A stretch of 64,000 bases of DNA from an uncultured Gemmatimonadaceae bacterium (GTDB lineage: Bacteria > Gemmatimonadota > Gemmatimonadetes > Gemmatimonadales > Gemmatimonadaceae). The stretch's first letter is position 1. Each line of letters opens with the position of its first letter. Below the pieces are notes generated by a model. The model was not told the origin of the DNA. It searched no databases and saw only the letters and a list, made by a program, of their open reading frames with translations. Both the position numbers and the translations under genes were made by a program. Below, piece by piece: positions 11,463 to 22,826 of the stretch. The stretch lies in contig CAWBOC010000006.1 in assembly GCA_963790305.1 (NCBI GenBank), positions 1 to 64,000 on the forward strand, read 5' to 3'.

Positions 11463-12589
11463 TACGCCCCAACTGGCTCCTCTCGCTCTTCGTGATTGCG
11501 TCGCCGCTGGCGGCGCAGGGCACGTTGAGCACGCAAGGCTTCGGCTATCACCCAGGCCAGATCAGCTCGCGCGCTCGCGCCACTGGCGGTGCGCTCGGTG
11601 AGTTCGATCCGACGTCGGCGCTGAATCCCGCCGCGCTCGCCTGGTGGGAACGGTCCGGCGTCGTCCTCGAGTATGCTCCGGAGTTTCGCCGCGTGACTAC
11701 GGCGGGAACCCGCGAGAGCGCGACCATCGCGCGGTTTCCTCTCTCTGGAGCGGCAATCGCCATCGGTGGGCGAACGATCGTCGGCCTCACGCTGTCCACC
11801 TTCCTCGATCGCACCTGGGAGACGGCTCAGCGTGGCACGCACCAGTTCGCGGACGATCTGATTCCCTACGAGCTCGAGTTCCGAAGCGCCGGCGCGATCA
11901 ACGACATCCGTCTCGCCGGCTCGTGGGCCGCGTCGAATGCGCTGCGCGTCGGCGTCGGGGCACACGTGTTCGCGGGATCGAACCGGCTCGACATCTTCAC
12001 CCGCTTCAGCGACACGCTCGGTCGTGTCGCGGATTTTGGCCAGCAGTCGCGCATCAGCTACTCGGGTGCGGCCGCGAGCGCTGGCATCGACTGGCGTCCA
12101 ATTCGCTCCATCGGAGTGGCCGCATCGGGCCGTCTGGGCGGAACACTGCGCGCCGTTCGTAACGATACGACGTTGGCGAGCGCGGACATCCCCATGCGGC
12201 TCGGAGCCGCCATCGCGTACACCGGCCTGCGGGGAGCCGTGATCGCCGCGAGCGGCGAGTGGCAGGATTGGTCGAAGCTTGACCGTCTCGGCAGCGATCA
12301 GCTCACGACCTTCGACGGTTGGGATTACGGTCTGGGCGCCGAGCTGCGCGGTCCCCGCTGGTTTGGAGGGGAGGTGCCTCTTCGCGTCGGCGTTAGGCGC
12401 CGCACACTGCCGTTTGGGGCGGCGGGCGCAGAGGTCGAGGAGACGTCAGTCTCCGTCGGGTGGGGCTTCACGATCGCGAGCGGTCGGGCGGTGGCCGACT
12501 TCGGCCTGGCGCGTGCATCGCGCAGCGCCGGTGGCGAGGCGAGCGAGCGTGCCACGACGTTGAGCATCGGGTTGATCGTCCGCCCCTGA
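11459..12589 (+). CDS. Outer-membrane beta-barrel protein (FadL/PorV-like)
   Basis: Signal peptide, 'SSRARATGG..ALNPAAL' motif typical of FadL/PorV-like barrels, alternating amphipathic strands. Confidence 0.65.
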   Translation: MIRPNWLLSLFVIASPLAAQGTLSTQGFGYHPGQISSRARATGGALGEFDPTSALNPAALAWWERSGVVLEYAPEFRRVTTAGTRESATIARFPLSGAAIAIGGRTIVGLTLSTFLDRTWETAQRGTHQFADDLIPYELEFRSAGAINDIRLAGSWAASNALRVGVGAHVFAGSNRLDIFTRFSDTLGRVADFGQQSRISYSGAAASAGIDWRPIRSIGVAASGRLGGTLRAVRNDTTLASADIPMRLGAAIAYTGLRGAVIAASGEWQDWSKLDRLGSDQLTTFDGWDYGLGAELRGPRWFGGEVPLRVGVRRRTLPFGAAGAEVEETSVSVGWGFTIASGRAVADFGLARASRSAGGEASERATTLSIGLIVRP

Positions 12590-12592
12590 CCC

Positions 12593-13760
12593 GTGGCCGA
12601 TCCCGTCGGACCTGCGCCGCTGATCCTCGTCGCGGACGACGTTCCGGCGAACGTGGAGCTGCTGTGTGATCAGCTGGCGACCCTCGGCTACCGTGTCGAG
12701 ACCGCTACCGACGGTCCCTCCGCCGTCGCGGCGTGCTTCGCGAAGAAACCCGACCTGTGTATTCTCGACGTCTCGATGCCGGCGGGATCGCTGGGCGTCG
12801 ACGACCGATCGACCGGCTTCGAGGTGTGTCGTCGCATCAAGCGCGATCCGCGCACGGCGCGTATTCCGGTGATCTTCGTGACTGCCTTGAACGACACCAC
12901 CGATCGGGTCAAGGCGATTGAGGCCGGCGGCGACGACTTCCTCACCAAACCGCACAACCGGCAGATCCTGGGCGCGAGGCTTCGCAGCCTGCTGCGCCTC
13001 AAGTTCGCGACCGACGCGCTCGAAGAGAGCTACCGGAAGCTTCGTGAGCTCGAGAAGGTCCGCGATGACCTCATGAAAATGATCGTGCACGATCTCAAGT
13101 CGCCCCTGACGTCGGTGCTGGCCGCCCTCGAGATGGTGCTCGATGGCGACTTCGGGGCGGTGAGCGATTCTCAGCGCCGCGCGCTGGGGGATGCCGAAGC
13201 GAAGGCGGAGGACCTGCTCGCGCTCATCGAAGACTTGCTCGAGGTGGCGCGCATCGAGGAGGCGAGCATCCAGCTCGACGTGCGGGCCATCGCGCCGGCG
13301 GCGCTCCTTACCGAGGTGCTGCACGAGTGGGAGATGCGGCTTGCCCAGGAGGAGGCGTCGGCGACGATGGATGTCGCCGATGACACACCGGTGTTTCACG
13401 CCGACAAGGGACTCGTCAAGCGCGTCTTCTCCAACCTCATCCAGAACGCGCTTACGCATTCCCCGCGCAACGTGAAGGTGTGGCTGCGCGCGCGCCACGA
13501 CGGGGCGACGGACGGCGTCCTCTTTACCGTCGCCGACAACGGACCTGGTATTCCGAAAGAGTACCACGAGATCATCTTCCGGAAGTTCGAGCAGGCGAAG
13601 ACGCCCTCGGCGCCTCGCGTGCGGAGCTCGGGACTGGGACTGGCATTCTGCAAGCTCGCCGTCGAAGCGCACGGCGGTCGCATCTGGGTGCAGAGCGAGG
13701 AAGGGCAAGGGAAGTCAGTTCCACTTCACCCTGCCGGTACACCCCAAGCGCTCCGACTGA
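12593..13760 (+). CDS. Hybrid response regulator-histidine kinase (REC-HisKA-HATPase); frameshift near 13715
   Basis: REC 'ILVADDVPAN..PDLCILDVSMP..DDFLTKP', H-box 'VHDLKSPL', N box 'FSNLIQNA', 'VADNGPGIP', 'GLGLAFCK..HGGRIWV'; TGA at 13758. Confidence 0.9.
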
Positions 13761-13761
13761 C

Positions 13762-15034
13762 ATGCGTGTCTATCTTCGCACCTTCGGATGTCGTGCGAAT
13801 CACTACGACACGGAAGCGGTACGCGAGATGATCGGCGCGGCCGGTTACACGATCGTTCCGTCCGCACGCGATGCCGACGTGGCGGTGTTCAACAGCTGCG
13901 CGGTTACCGCCGCGGCCGAAGCGGATCTCCGGCAGGGCGGTTCGCCGCGCGGCGCGTGAGAACGGCGGCTTGCGCACTGTGGTGATGGGGTGTGCCGCGT
14001 CACTGGACCGCGGCGCAATGCGCTCCCTGCCGACGGTCTCGCACACCATTCCGGGTGCCGACCTCGCGGCCGTTGCGGCGGCGCTCGACCTGCCGGCCTC
14101 GGCTGCCACGAACGTGGTCACGCGCGCGCAGGAAACGGCGCGCGCCACGCTCCGCATTCAGGATGGGTGTGACGAGCACTGCACCTTTTGCGCGACGACG
14201 ATTGCACGAGGGAGCGCCCGATCGCGTCCGGTGGAGAGGCTGGTCGCCGAAGCGTCGGAGCTCGCCGAACGCCACGCCGAGATCGTGCTCACGGGAATTC
14301 ACATTGGCAGCTGGGGCGTTGACCTGGGACGGCCCCTGAGCCTGCTCGTCGACTGCCTCGTCAGGCAGGTCCCGCGCGTTCGGTTCCGGTTGTCCTCGCT
14401 GGAGGCAACCGAGGTCGACGATCGCCTTCGGGAGCTGCTCCGGTCGGACGACGGCCGCCTTGCACCGCACCTGCACGCGCCGCTGCAATCGGGGTCGAAT
14501 CACGTCCTCCGACGCATGGGCCGGCACTGGTACACGGCGGAGACGTATGCCGCAGCGATCAACGCACTCGTGCGAGATCGCGGGGTGTTCGGACTCGGCG
14601 CCGATGTCATTTGCGGGTTTCCTGGAGAGACCGACGCGGATCACCAGGCCACGATGTCTCTCGTCGAGCAGACCGCGTTCACCTATCTGCACGTCTTCCC
14701 GTTCTCTGCGCGTCCGGGCACCGCCGCCACTCGGCTCGGCGCGGTCGTGCCTGCTCCGGTGATCGAGCGTCGAGCAGCCGAGCTGCGCGCGCTTGCACAG
14801 GGCAAGGCAGCCGCCTATCGACTGCGGCGCGAGGGCGGAATGGCGGACATTGTGGTCGTCCGCGGGGGACCGCGGTGTGAAGGCATCACGGAAGACTTTC
14901 TGACCGTCCAGATGCGGCGACCAGTCCCTCGCGGGACCCGCCTTCGGGCTCGCCTGACGAATGATGGCAATTCGCTTCTCGGAACACCCGAAGCTGTCGA
15001 GTCCGTGTCATCGGGTTATCTTTCGAGGTCATGA
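13762..15034 (+). CDS. mtaB: tRNA methylthiotransferase MtaB-like radical SAM enzyme; frameshift near 13935
   Basis: 'TFGCRANHYDT', 'NSCAVT', radical SAM motif 'IQDGCDEHCTFC', 'HVFPFSARPGT'. Confidence 0.85.
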
Positions 15035-16371
15035 CCACGCCACGCCGCGGCACCGTGTACGTCGAGACGTACGGCTGCCAGATGAACGTCAGCGATTCCG
15101 AGCTCATGCTCGGGTCGCTCGCCGGGATCGGCTACGTGCCGGTGGACGTGCCCGACGGCGCCGATGTCATCCTCGTCAATACGTGCGCCATTCGCGATCA
15201 CGCCGAGCAGCGGGTGATCGGGCGGCTGGGCGAGCTCAAGCGGCACATGAAGGCGGACACCGTGCTCGGTGTCACCGGCTGCATGGCGCAGCGCCTCGGC
15301 CCGAGGCTGCTCGATCGCGCGAAGCACGTCGACCTGGTGATTGGCCCGGACGGGTATCGCGCGCTGCCGTCGCTCATCGAGGGCGCGCGCGATGGTCGAC
15401 GCGCGAGCGTTGTGGACTTCGATCTCGAGGAGCACTACGAGGACGTCTCGCCGCGCCGCTTCGACCGGGTGCGGGCGTGGATTCCCGTGCAGCGGGGCTG
15501 CGACTACAAGTGCACTTACTGCATCGTTCCGACCACGCGCGGACCGGAGCGCAGCCGGCAGCTCGCCGATGTGGTGCGCGAGACGGAGCGAGTCGTCGCG
15601 GAAGGCATCACCGAGGTCACGCTCCTCGGGCAGACGGTGAACTCCTATCACGACGGGACCTACGATTTCGCCGACCTGCTCCGTGCGGTCGGGGCGGTGC
15701 CCGGCCTTCGGCGTATGCGATTCACCAGTCCGCATCCGAATGACTTCTCGGACCGCGTGGTCGAGGCGATGGCCACGGTGGACGCCATGTGCGAGCACGT
15801 GCACTTGCCGATGCAGTCGGGATCGACGCGCACGCTCAAGCGGATGCTGCGTCGCTACACGCGTGAGGAATACTTCGATTGCGCGGCGCGGCTGCGAGCG
15901 GCGATCCAGGGTTTGTCGCTCACGACCGACGTGATCGTCGGCTTCCCAGGGGAGACCGATGAGGACTTCGAGGAGACGCTGAGCGCTGTGCGGGAGCTCG
16001 CCTTCGACGATGCCTTCACCTTCAAGTTCTCTCCGCGGGAGGGCACGCCCGCCACGCGCATGCCGGCAGAGCTGACCGTGCCGGACGAGGTTGCGTCCGA
16101 CCGGCTGGGGCGGCTCATCGCGGCGGTTCGTCAGGGCGCGCGCGCGCGCAATCTTTCGCTCCTCGGCTCTCGACACGAAGTGCTCGTGGAAAAGGTGTCA
16201 CGCCGCGGCGAGCTGTTGCAGGCGCGCACGCGCGAGCATCGTACCGTGCTCGTGCCAGGAAATGAGTCCATGATCGGGGCCTACCTCATGGTCGAGCTCA
16301 CCGGCACCACGGGCTCGACGTTCACCGGCGCCGTCGTCTCCGAGCGCGCCGCGCTCCCGCTCGCGGTATGA
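15031..16371 (+). CDS. miaB: tRNA-2-methylthio-N6-dimethylallyladenosine synthase MiaB
   Basis: 'ETYGCQMNVSDSE', 'NTCAIRDHAE', 'GCDYKCTYCIVP', 'RFTSPHP', C-terminal TRAM domain. Confidence 0.95.
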   Translation: MTTPRRGTVYVETYGCQMNVSDSELMLGSLAGIGYVPVDVPDGADVILVNTCAIRDHAEQRVIGRLGELKRHMKADTVLGVTGCMAQRLGPRLLDRAKHVDLVIGPDGYRALPSLIEGARDGRRASVVDFDLEEHYEDVSPRRFDRVRAWIPVQRGCDYKCTYCIVPTTRGPERSRQLADVVRETERVVAEGITEVTLLGQTVNSYHDGTYDFADLLRAVGAVPGLRRMRFTSPHPNDFSDRVVEAMATVDAMCEHVHLPMQSGSTRTLKRMLRRYTREEYFDCAARLRAAIQGLSLTTDVIVGFPGETDEDFEETLSAVRELAFDDAFTFKFSPREGTPATRMPAELTVPDEVASDRLGRLIAAVRQGARARNLSLLGSRHEVLVEKVSRRGELLQARTREHRTVLVPGNESMIGAYLMVELTGTTGSTFTGAVVSERAALPLAV

Positions 16372-16679
16372 AGAATTTGCTCGAGGGCGCGGTGAAGGAC
16401 GTGTATGACGAGCTCCGCTCGCGGGGGAGCCCTCCGGGCACGGCGACGTTTTGCGGCTGTGCGCAATGCGAGGAGGATGTCCTCGCGTTCGCGCTCAACC
16501 ATCTTCGTCCTCGATATGCCGGCGGAACCCGCGAGGGCGTGGCGGTAACGTCGGTGGATCTCCAGCGCGATCAAACACGCGCCGAGCTGATGGTGGCGGT
16601 ACTCGACGCGATGCGCCGTGTCGCGAACAATCCACGTCATCCCGCAGGCGACGCCAAGCGCAGAGGTGCCGCCGGGTAA
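16368..16679 (+). CDS. ComFB-family protein
   Basis: 'KNLLEGAV..FCGCAQCEEDVLAFALNHLRPRY..V..NPRH' matches the ComFB family pattern (N..E..V, C-x-C-x2-C-x2-D, ALN.L.PRY, PRH). Confidence 0.8.
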   Translation: MKNLLEGAVKDVYDELRSRGSPPGTATFCGCAQCEEDVLAFALNHLRPRYAGGTREGVAVTSVDLQRDQTRAELMVAVLDAMRRVANNPRHPAGDAKRRGAAG

Positions 16680-16684
16680 GGCCA

Positions 16685-18908
16685 GTGCCACTTGTCGCTC
16701 TCGCGGTGATCGCGTACGCCGCTGGACTCGCGCTCGGGTTCGGCGGCGTCGTGCATTCTGGCGGTGGCGAGTTGGGCGTGCGCCGCGAGTGTGGCCGTCA
16801 TTGCTCGAGACGCGCGCATCGTCGCGCTCGCTGCGTTGGGGATGGCGGGTTGGCTCGTGGCTCGCGCCAGCGCGTTCAATGAAGCGCGTTGCGCAGCCAT
16901 GCGGGGGACCATCGTCGCCGTGTTTCCAGAGCCACTGGCGCCCGGAGCGTTCGTCCGTGGAGAAACCCGCTCCATTGGGGGCCGGGCGTGCGCGGCGCCG
17001 ATCACCGCCGTCGTGCGGCGCGGACGCGTACCCGCGGGAAGGGAGGCGGTGGTGCTTGGGGACTTCAGCGCCACAAGCGGACGCCTTCTCGTGCGCGATG
17101 CGTCCATTCGTCCCGGACGAGACCGCAATGCCCTCGTCGCGTTCCGTTCCCGACTCGGTCGTGGCCTCGACAGTGCCTTCGGTGCCAACGCCGCGCTCGC
17201 GCGCGCCCTTCTCATCGCCGACTCGCGCTCGCTCGATCCGGCAATGCGCGATCGTTATGCGACAGCCGGGCTCGTGCACGTGCTCTCCATTTCCGGCCTG
17301 CACGTCGCGATCATCGCGCTGGCGGTGGAGCTGCTCTGTCGTTCGGCCCGGTTGCCGCCCCGTGGAGCGTCGATCACCACGATCACGCTCGTCGCGGTCT
17401 ACATCGCGATCATTGGCGCACCCGCACCGGCGGTTCGATCGGCGGTCATGCTCGGAGTGACGGCGGTATGCCGTCTCGTCCAACGCAACACCTCGCCCTG
17501 GGCGTCTCTCGCCATCGGCGGTGGTGCACCGCTCCTTGCACCACGCACCGTCCTCGATCTCGGCTGGCAGCTCTCCGTCCTCGGCATGGCCGGTCTCGTC
17601 GCGAGCGGGGCGCTTGCGCGGCGCCTGATCCGAACGGAGCGGCGACAGCGCTGGCGCGCGCAGCTCGCGACGGCCTTGCTCGCATCGATCGTCGCATCGC
17701 TCGTCACCGGTCCCCTCGTCGCCTGGCACTTTGGCCGGCTCAGTCTCATCGCGCCCCTGGCGAACCTGTTCGCGTCGCCGATCGTCGCGATCCTCCAGCC
17801 AACGCTTTTCCTCGCCCTTGCCTTCACGCCGTTCCCGGCCATGGAGCGTTTCGTCGCGGACGCGGCGTCGCCGCTGCTGTGGGCGCTGGATGCGGTGGCG
17901 TCGGGAGCCTCGCAGATACCGCACGCATCGGTCGCCGTTTCGCCGTCGCTCGCAACGGCGGTGGTCGCTTCGGCGTGCGTGGTGTCGCTGATCGCCGCAT
18001 GCGTGAGCCGTCATCCCGGTCCAAGCGCTGTCATCGGCATGGCGTCTGTCGCCGCAATGGCGTGGTCGCCCTTGGCGCCGCTCCACGTGCGAGGCGTGGA
18101 GCTGCACATGATCGACGTCGGCCAGGGCGATGCGATGGCACTCCGCACGCCGCGCGGTCGCTGGATTCTCGTCGACGCGGGCCGCGCGTGGCGCGGCGGC
18201 GATGCCGGCCGTGCGACGGTCATTCCGTATCTTCGACGTCATGGGGGCTCCGTTGCCGCATTCGTGCTCAGCCACCCTCACGCCGATCACGCTGGCGGTG
18301 CGGCGACCGTACTGCGCGCATTGCGTCCGGCGCTGTTCTGGGATGGCGCCTACGTCGGTACGAGCGAGACGTATCGCGACGCGCTCACCGCCGCGGTCGA
18401 GGCCGGTGTCATGTGGGAGCGTGTGCGCCCCGGGCAGCGCCGGATCATCGACGATGTAGAGCTCGAGTTTTTGGCGCCGGATTCGACCTGGACGCGCGAG
18501 CTGGACGATCCGAACGAGGCGAGCGTCGTACTCCGGGCGACGTATGGTGCGGTGCGATTCCTGCTCGTGGGCGACGCGGAGCGAGAGGAGGAGGGATGGC
18601 TGCTCGCGCGAGATTCGCTTGGGTTGCGTGCGGAAGTGCTCAAGGTGGGTCACCACGGCAGCACGACCAGTACGACGGAAGCCTTTCTTCGCGCGGTGCG
18701 GCCGGTGATCGCGCTGGTGTCGGTTGGCGCGAGCAACACGTATGGTCACCCGAGTACGCACGTCCTCGCGTCGCTCGCCCGAACCGGTGCCACGGTCCTT
18801 CGCACCGATCGCCAGGGCACCGTGGTCGTGCGAACGGAGGGATCGACGCTGGAGATTCAGGCACAGGGAGAGCGATGGGTATCATCGGTCGTATCCGCAC
18901 CGCGCTGA
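16685..18908 (+). CDS. comEC: DNA internalization competence protein ComEC/Rec2; frameshift near 16760
   Basis: Competence domain 'GLVHVLSISGLHV', 'RSAVM', 'GWQLSV'; MBL domain 'IDVGQGDA', 'LSHPHADHAGG', 'LKVGHHGS', 'NTYGHP', 'RTDRQG'. Confidence 0.92.
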
Positions 18909-19273
18909 TCGGTGAGCCCGAGTCGCTCACGCGCGACCTTCTGGTGCGGTACCCGGAATTGGCGCGGCTGCATCTCCGGCGCGGTGGCCTGCCACCCCGC
19001 ATCGGCGGATGGGCGCTCGGCCGCGCGACTGTTGCGGCGATTACACTACGCCAGTGGGTCTTCCTTGCGCCGGACGTGCCTGCGCACCCGCCATTGCTCT
19101 TGCACGAATTGCGGCATTTAGAGCAGTTTGAGGCCACTCCGCTCTTTCCGTTGCGATATCTTTGGGCGAGCCTGCGACACGGATATCACGACAATCCGTT
19201 CGAGGCGGATGCGCGCGACTATTCGGCGCGCCGGGTGCGCGCCCTCGAACCCTCGTCGGCAGGAGATTGTTAG
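18875..19273 (+). CDS. Small DUF4157-like HExxH (zincin-type) protein
   Basis: 132 aa: '[35 protein letters not shown]'. Confidence 0.7.
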   Translation: MGIIGRIRTALIGEPESLTRDLLVRYPELARLHLRRGGLPPRIGGWALGRATVAAITLRQWVFLAPDVPAHPPLLLHELRHLEQFEATPLFPLRYLWASLRHGYHDNPFEADARDYSARRVRALEPSSAGDC

Positions 19274-19275
19274 CC

Positions 19276-20307
19276 GTGGTGTACAACACGCCCACGTCGG
19301 TCGTCACGATCGATCGGTTCATCATCGAGCAGGAGCGCCTGCATCCCGAGGCTACGGGCGAGCTCTCCGGGATCCTGTACGACCTCGCGCTTGCCGCGAA
19401 GATCATCTCCAGCAAGGTGCGTCGCGCCGGCCTCGTCGACATCCTGGGCTCCGCCGAGGCGGAGAACGTCCAAGGTGAGATGCAGCAGAAGCTCGACGTC
19501 TTCGCCAACGAGACCATCGTCAAGGCGCTCGATCACGGTGGACGTCTCTGCGCGATGGCCTCCGAGGAAGTGCCGGACATCATCCCGATCCCCGACGGCT
19601 TTCGCTGCGGCAAGTACTGCTTGCTCTTCGATCCGCTCGACGGGTCCTCCAACATCGACGTGAACGTTCCGGTAGGGACAGTGTTCTCCGTCGTGCGAAA
19701 GATCACGCGGGGGTCGCGCGGCGAGCTCGAGGACATGCTTCAGCCGGGCCGGCGCCAGGTGGCGGCGGGATACGTGATCTATGGGTCGAGCACGATGCTC
19801 GTGTACACCACGGGCCAGGGCGTGCACGGCTTCACGCTGGACCCGTCGATCGGGGAGTTTCTCCTCTCGCACCCGAACATCCGCATCCCCGACCCCGGCC
19901 GGTATCTCTCGGTAAACGATTCCTACGAGCAGCACTGGGATGAGCCGGTGAAGGCGCTCATGCGCCGCTACCGCGGTCTCGACGGTGAGCGGAAGGCGAT
20001 GAGCGTCCGGTACGTCGGCTCGCTGGTGGCGGACTTTCACCGGAACCTCCTTGGCGGCGGGATCTTCTGTTATCCGGCGAACGTGAAGAGCCCGCAGGGA
20101 AAGCTGCGTCTCCTCTACGAGGCGAACCCACTCGCGTTTGTCGTCGAGCAAGCGGGCGGCGCGGCCACCGACGGCACGCGCCGCATCCTCGACATTCATC
20201 CCTCCGAGCTGCATCAGCGCATTCCGCTGTACGTGGGCAGCAAGAGCGATGTCGACACGGCGAGTGCGATGCTGGGCGGCGAGAAATTGAGCGGGGTCGG
20301 GGCTTGA
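19276..20307 (+). CDS. fbp: Class 1 fructose-1,6-bisphosphatase
   Basis: '[15 protein letters not shown]', '[13 protein letters not shown]', '[15 protein letters not shown]', '[11 protein letters not shown]'. Confidence 0.96.
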   Translation: MVYNTPTSVVTIDRFIIEQERLHPEATGELSGILYDLALAAKIISSKVRRAGLVDILGSAEAENVQGEMQQKLDVFANETIVKALDHGGRLCAMASEEVPDIIPIPDGFRCGKYCLLFDPLDGSSNIDVNVPVGTVFSVVRKITRGSRGELEDMLQPGRRQVAAGYVIYGSSTMLVYTTGQGVHGFTLDPSIGEFLLSHPNIRIPDPGRYLSVNDSYEQHWDEPVKALMRRYRGLDGERKAMSVRYVGSLVADFHRNLLGGGIFCYPANVKSPQGKLRLLYEANPLAFVVEQAGGAATDGTRRILDIHPSELHQRIPLYVGSKSDVDTASAMLGGEKLSGVGA

Positions 20308-20312
20308 GCCAA

Positions 20313-20411
20313 AACGGCAAAGACGTCAGATCTCAGAATTCAGAATTCAGAATTCAGATGGGTGATCTGAATTCTGAATTCTGAATCCTGAGATCTGACG
20401 TCTTTGCCGTT
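20313..20411. repeat. Intergenic palindrome A: 47-bp arms with tandem CAGAATT heptamers
   Basis: Arms 20313-20359 and 20365-20411 pair with one mismatch around a 5-nt loop (GGGTG). Confidence 0.95.
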
Positions 20412-20419
20412 CCGAGCAA

Positions 20420-22006
20420 ATGTCCGAGCCTGTACGAACGCCGTCGGGCATCGAGATAGACCCGATCTACCGCGACGCCGACGTCGACTATGCGCGCGAC
20501 CTCGGAGACCCCGGCGAGTTTCCCTTCACGCGCGGCGTCCAGTCCACGATGTACCGCGGCCGTCTCTGGACCATGCGGCAGTACGCGGGATTCGGGACGG
20601 CGCAGGAGACGAACCGCCGGTTCCGCATGCTCCTCAATGCCGGCCAAACCGGCCTCTCGGTAGCGTTCGATCTTCCGACGCAGATGGGCATCGATTCCGA
20701 CGCGCCTCGCGCCCGCGGCGAGGTTGGCCGGGTTGGTGTCGCGATCGACTCGGTCGAGGACATGCATACCCTGCTCGCCGAGATTCCGCTCGAGAAGGTG
20801 TCGACGTCGATGACGATCAACGCGACGGCATCGACGCTGCTCGCGATGTACATCGTCGTCGCGGAAGAGCGGGGGACGGCACGCGCCAAGCTCAGCGGAA
20901 CGATTCAGAACGACATCCTCAAGGAGTACGTGGCGCGAGGCACGTACATCTACCCGCCCGGGCCAAGCCTGGCGCTGGTGACCGAGCTCTTTCGGTTCTG
21001 TGCCGCCGAGGTACCGAGCTGGAATCCGATCTCGATCTCGGGGTATCACATTCGTGAGGCGGGCGCGACGGCGGTGCAGGAGCTCGCGTTTACCTTCGCG
21101 AACACCGTCGAGTACGTGTCTGGCGCCCTCGCGGCGGGGCTGCTCATCGACGACTTCGCTCCGCGGCTCTCGTTTTTCTTCGCCGCCCATAGCGATCTCT
21201 TCGAGGAGGTCGCGAAGTTCCGGGCGGCGCGCCGCATGTACGCGCGCCTCATGCGCGACCGCTTCCAGGCCAGTGACACCAGCGCGCGGCTACGCTTTCA
21301 CACGCAGACGGGCGGCGTCACGCTCGCCGCGCAGCAGCCACTCAACAACGTGGTGCGCGTGACCGTCCAGGCACTCTCGGCGGTGCTGGGCGGCACGCAG
21401 TCGCTGCACACGAACGGGTATGACGAAGCCCTTGCCCTGCCCAGCGCCGAAGCCGCTACGCTTGCACTGCGCACGCAGCAGGTGCTTGGCTACGAGAGCG
21501 GAGTCGCCGCCACCGCCGATCCGCTGGCCGGCAGCTACTACGTGGAACATCTCACGAACGGCCTCGAGCAAGGCGCGATGGAGCTGCTTGCTCGCGTCGA
21601 CGCGCTCGGCGGCGCCGAGAAGGCGATCGCGGCCGGCTTCATGCAAGAGGAGATCGCGCGAAGCGCGTACGAGCAGCAAATGCGCGTCGAACGCGGTGAG
21701 AGCGTGATTGTCGGCGTGAACCGTTTCAACGACGGCCAGGAGCCTCCGTCCATTCCAGCCCCAGATTATTCGCTGCTCGAGCGCGGCCAGGTGGAGCGCG
21801 TCCGTAAAGTGCGGGCGACCCGCGACGCCGCGACCGTCGAGCGCACGCTCGGAGCGCTCCGCGAGGCGTCCCATGGCTACGCGATCTCGCGGGCCGACCG
21901 TCGACCACTGATGCCACTCATCATCGACGCTGTCCGCGCCCGCGCGACCGTCGGCGAGATCGCGGATACGCTTCGCGACACCTGGAAGGAGTACCGACCG
22001 ACCTGA
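20420..22006 (+). CDS. Methylmalonyl-CoA mutase, substrate-binding (large) subunit without B12-binding domain
   Basis: '[19 protein letters not shown]', '[10 protein letters not shown]', '[14 protein letters not shown]', '[11 protein letters not shown]'. Tyr (RQY) and Arg specificity residues point to methylmalonyl-CoA. No DxHxxG domain. Confidence 0.92.
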   Translation: MSEPVRTPSGIEIDPIYRDADVDYARDLGDPGEFPFTRGVQSTMYRGRLWTMRQYAGFGTAQETNRRFRMLLNAGQTGLSVAFDLPTQMGIDSDAPRARGEVGRVGVAIDSVEDMHTLLAEIPLEKVSTSMTINATASTLLAMYIVVAEERGTARAKLSGTIQNDILKEYVARGTYIYPPGPSLALVTELFRFCAAEVPSWNPISISGYHIREAGATAVQELAFTFANTVEYVSGALAAGLLIDDFAPRLSFFFAAHSDLFEEVAKFRAARRMYARLMRDRFQASDTSARLRFHTQTGGVTLAAQQPLNNVVRVTVQALSAVLGGTQSLHTNGYDEALALPSAEAATLALRTQQVLGYESGVAATADPLAGSYYVEHLTNGLEQGAMELLARVDALGGAEKAIAAGFMQEEIARSAYEQQMRVERGESVIVGVNRFNDGQEPPSIPAPDYSLLERGQVERVRKVRATRDAATVERTLGALREASHGYAISRADRRPLMPLIIDAVRARATVGEIADTLRDTWKEYRPT

Positions 22007-22082
22007 CGAATGACGGAATCATCGCTCCCGGCCCCATTGATTTCCTGCAGCGCCTTGACCTCCTCGACCTTCTCACCCCTCC

Positions 22083-22820
22083 ATGGACTGGTTCTCCGAC
22101 CCTAACGCCTGGCTCGGGCTGCTCACGCTTACGGCGCTCGAGATAGTCCTGGGCATCGACAACATCATCTTCATCTCGATCCTCGCCGGGAAGCTTCCCG
22201 CCGAGCAGCAGGGGCGCGCGCGTCGCCTTGGCCTCATCGGAGCGTTCGTCTCGCGCCTGCTCCTGCTGCTGTCGATCGCATGGATCGTCCGCCTGACCCA
22301 ACCGCTGTTCGAGGTGTTCGGGCGTGGCGTGTCCGGCCGCGACCTCATTCTCGTCCTCGGGGGGCTCTTCCTCATCGCGAAGGCGACGCATGAGATCCAC
22401 GACAAGCTCGAGGGCGAGGAAGGGCACGTCAGCGCGAAGCTCCGCACTTCACTCGCCCGCGTCGTCGTGCAGATCATGCTGATCGACATCGTCTTCTCAC
22501 TCGACTCGGTGATCACCGCCGTCGGGATGGTCGATCAGGTCAGCATCATGGTCGGCGCAAACATCATCGCCCTCGGCATCATGTTGGCCGCGTCGGGCGT
22601 GATCGCCAGGTTCGTCGAGCAGCATCCCACGATCAAGATGCTCGCGCTCTCCTTCCTCGTCGTGATCGGCATCAACCTCGTCGCGGAAGGCACCGGGTAT
22701 CACATCCCGAAGGGATACACCTACTTCGCGATGTTCTTCTCGATCATGGTGGAGGTCTTGAACATGAGAGTCCGCGCGAAGTCGAAGAACCCGGTCAAGC
22801 TCCACCAGCCGATCGAGTGA
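22083..22820 (+). CDS. TerC family membrane protein
   Basis: 'LTALEIVLGIDNIIFISIL', 'DIVFSLDSVITAVG', 'HPTIKMLALSFL', 'IPKGYTYFAM'. Confidence 0.93.
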   Translation: MDWFSDPNAWLGLLTLTALEIVLGIDNIIFISILAGKLPAEQQGRARRLGLIGAFVSRLLLLLSIAWIVRLTQPLFEVFGRGVSGRDLILVLGGLFLIAKATHEIHDKLEGEEGHVSAKLRTSLARVVVQIMLIDIVFSLDSVITAVGMVDQVSIMVGANIIALGIMLAASGVIARFVEQHPTIKMLALSFLVVIGINLVAEGTGYHIPKGYTYFAMFFSIMVEVLNMRVRAKSKNPVKLHQPIE

Positions 22821-22826
22821 TCGGGT

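Noticed and set aside
16281..18761. Very long alternative ORFs (826 aa at 16281-18761, 794 aa at 16889-19273, 875 aa at 29238-31865)
   Set aside because: Shadow ORFs of GC-rich coding DNA overlapping well-supported genes; no recognisable motifs except the last 132 aa of the 794-aa ORF, annotated separately.
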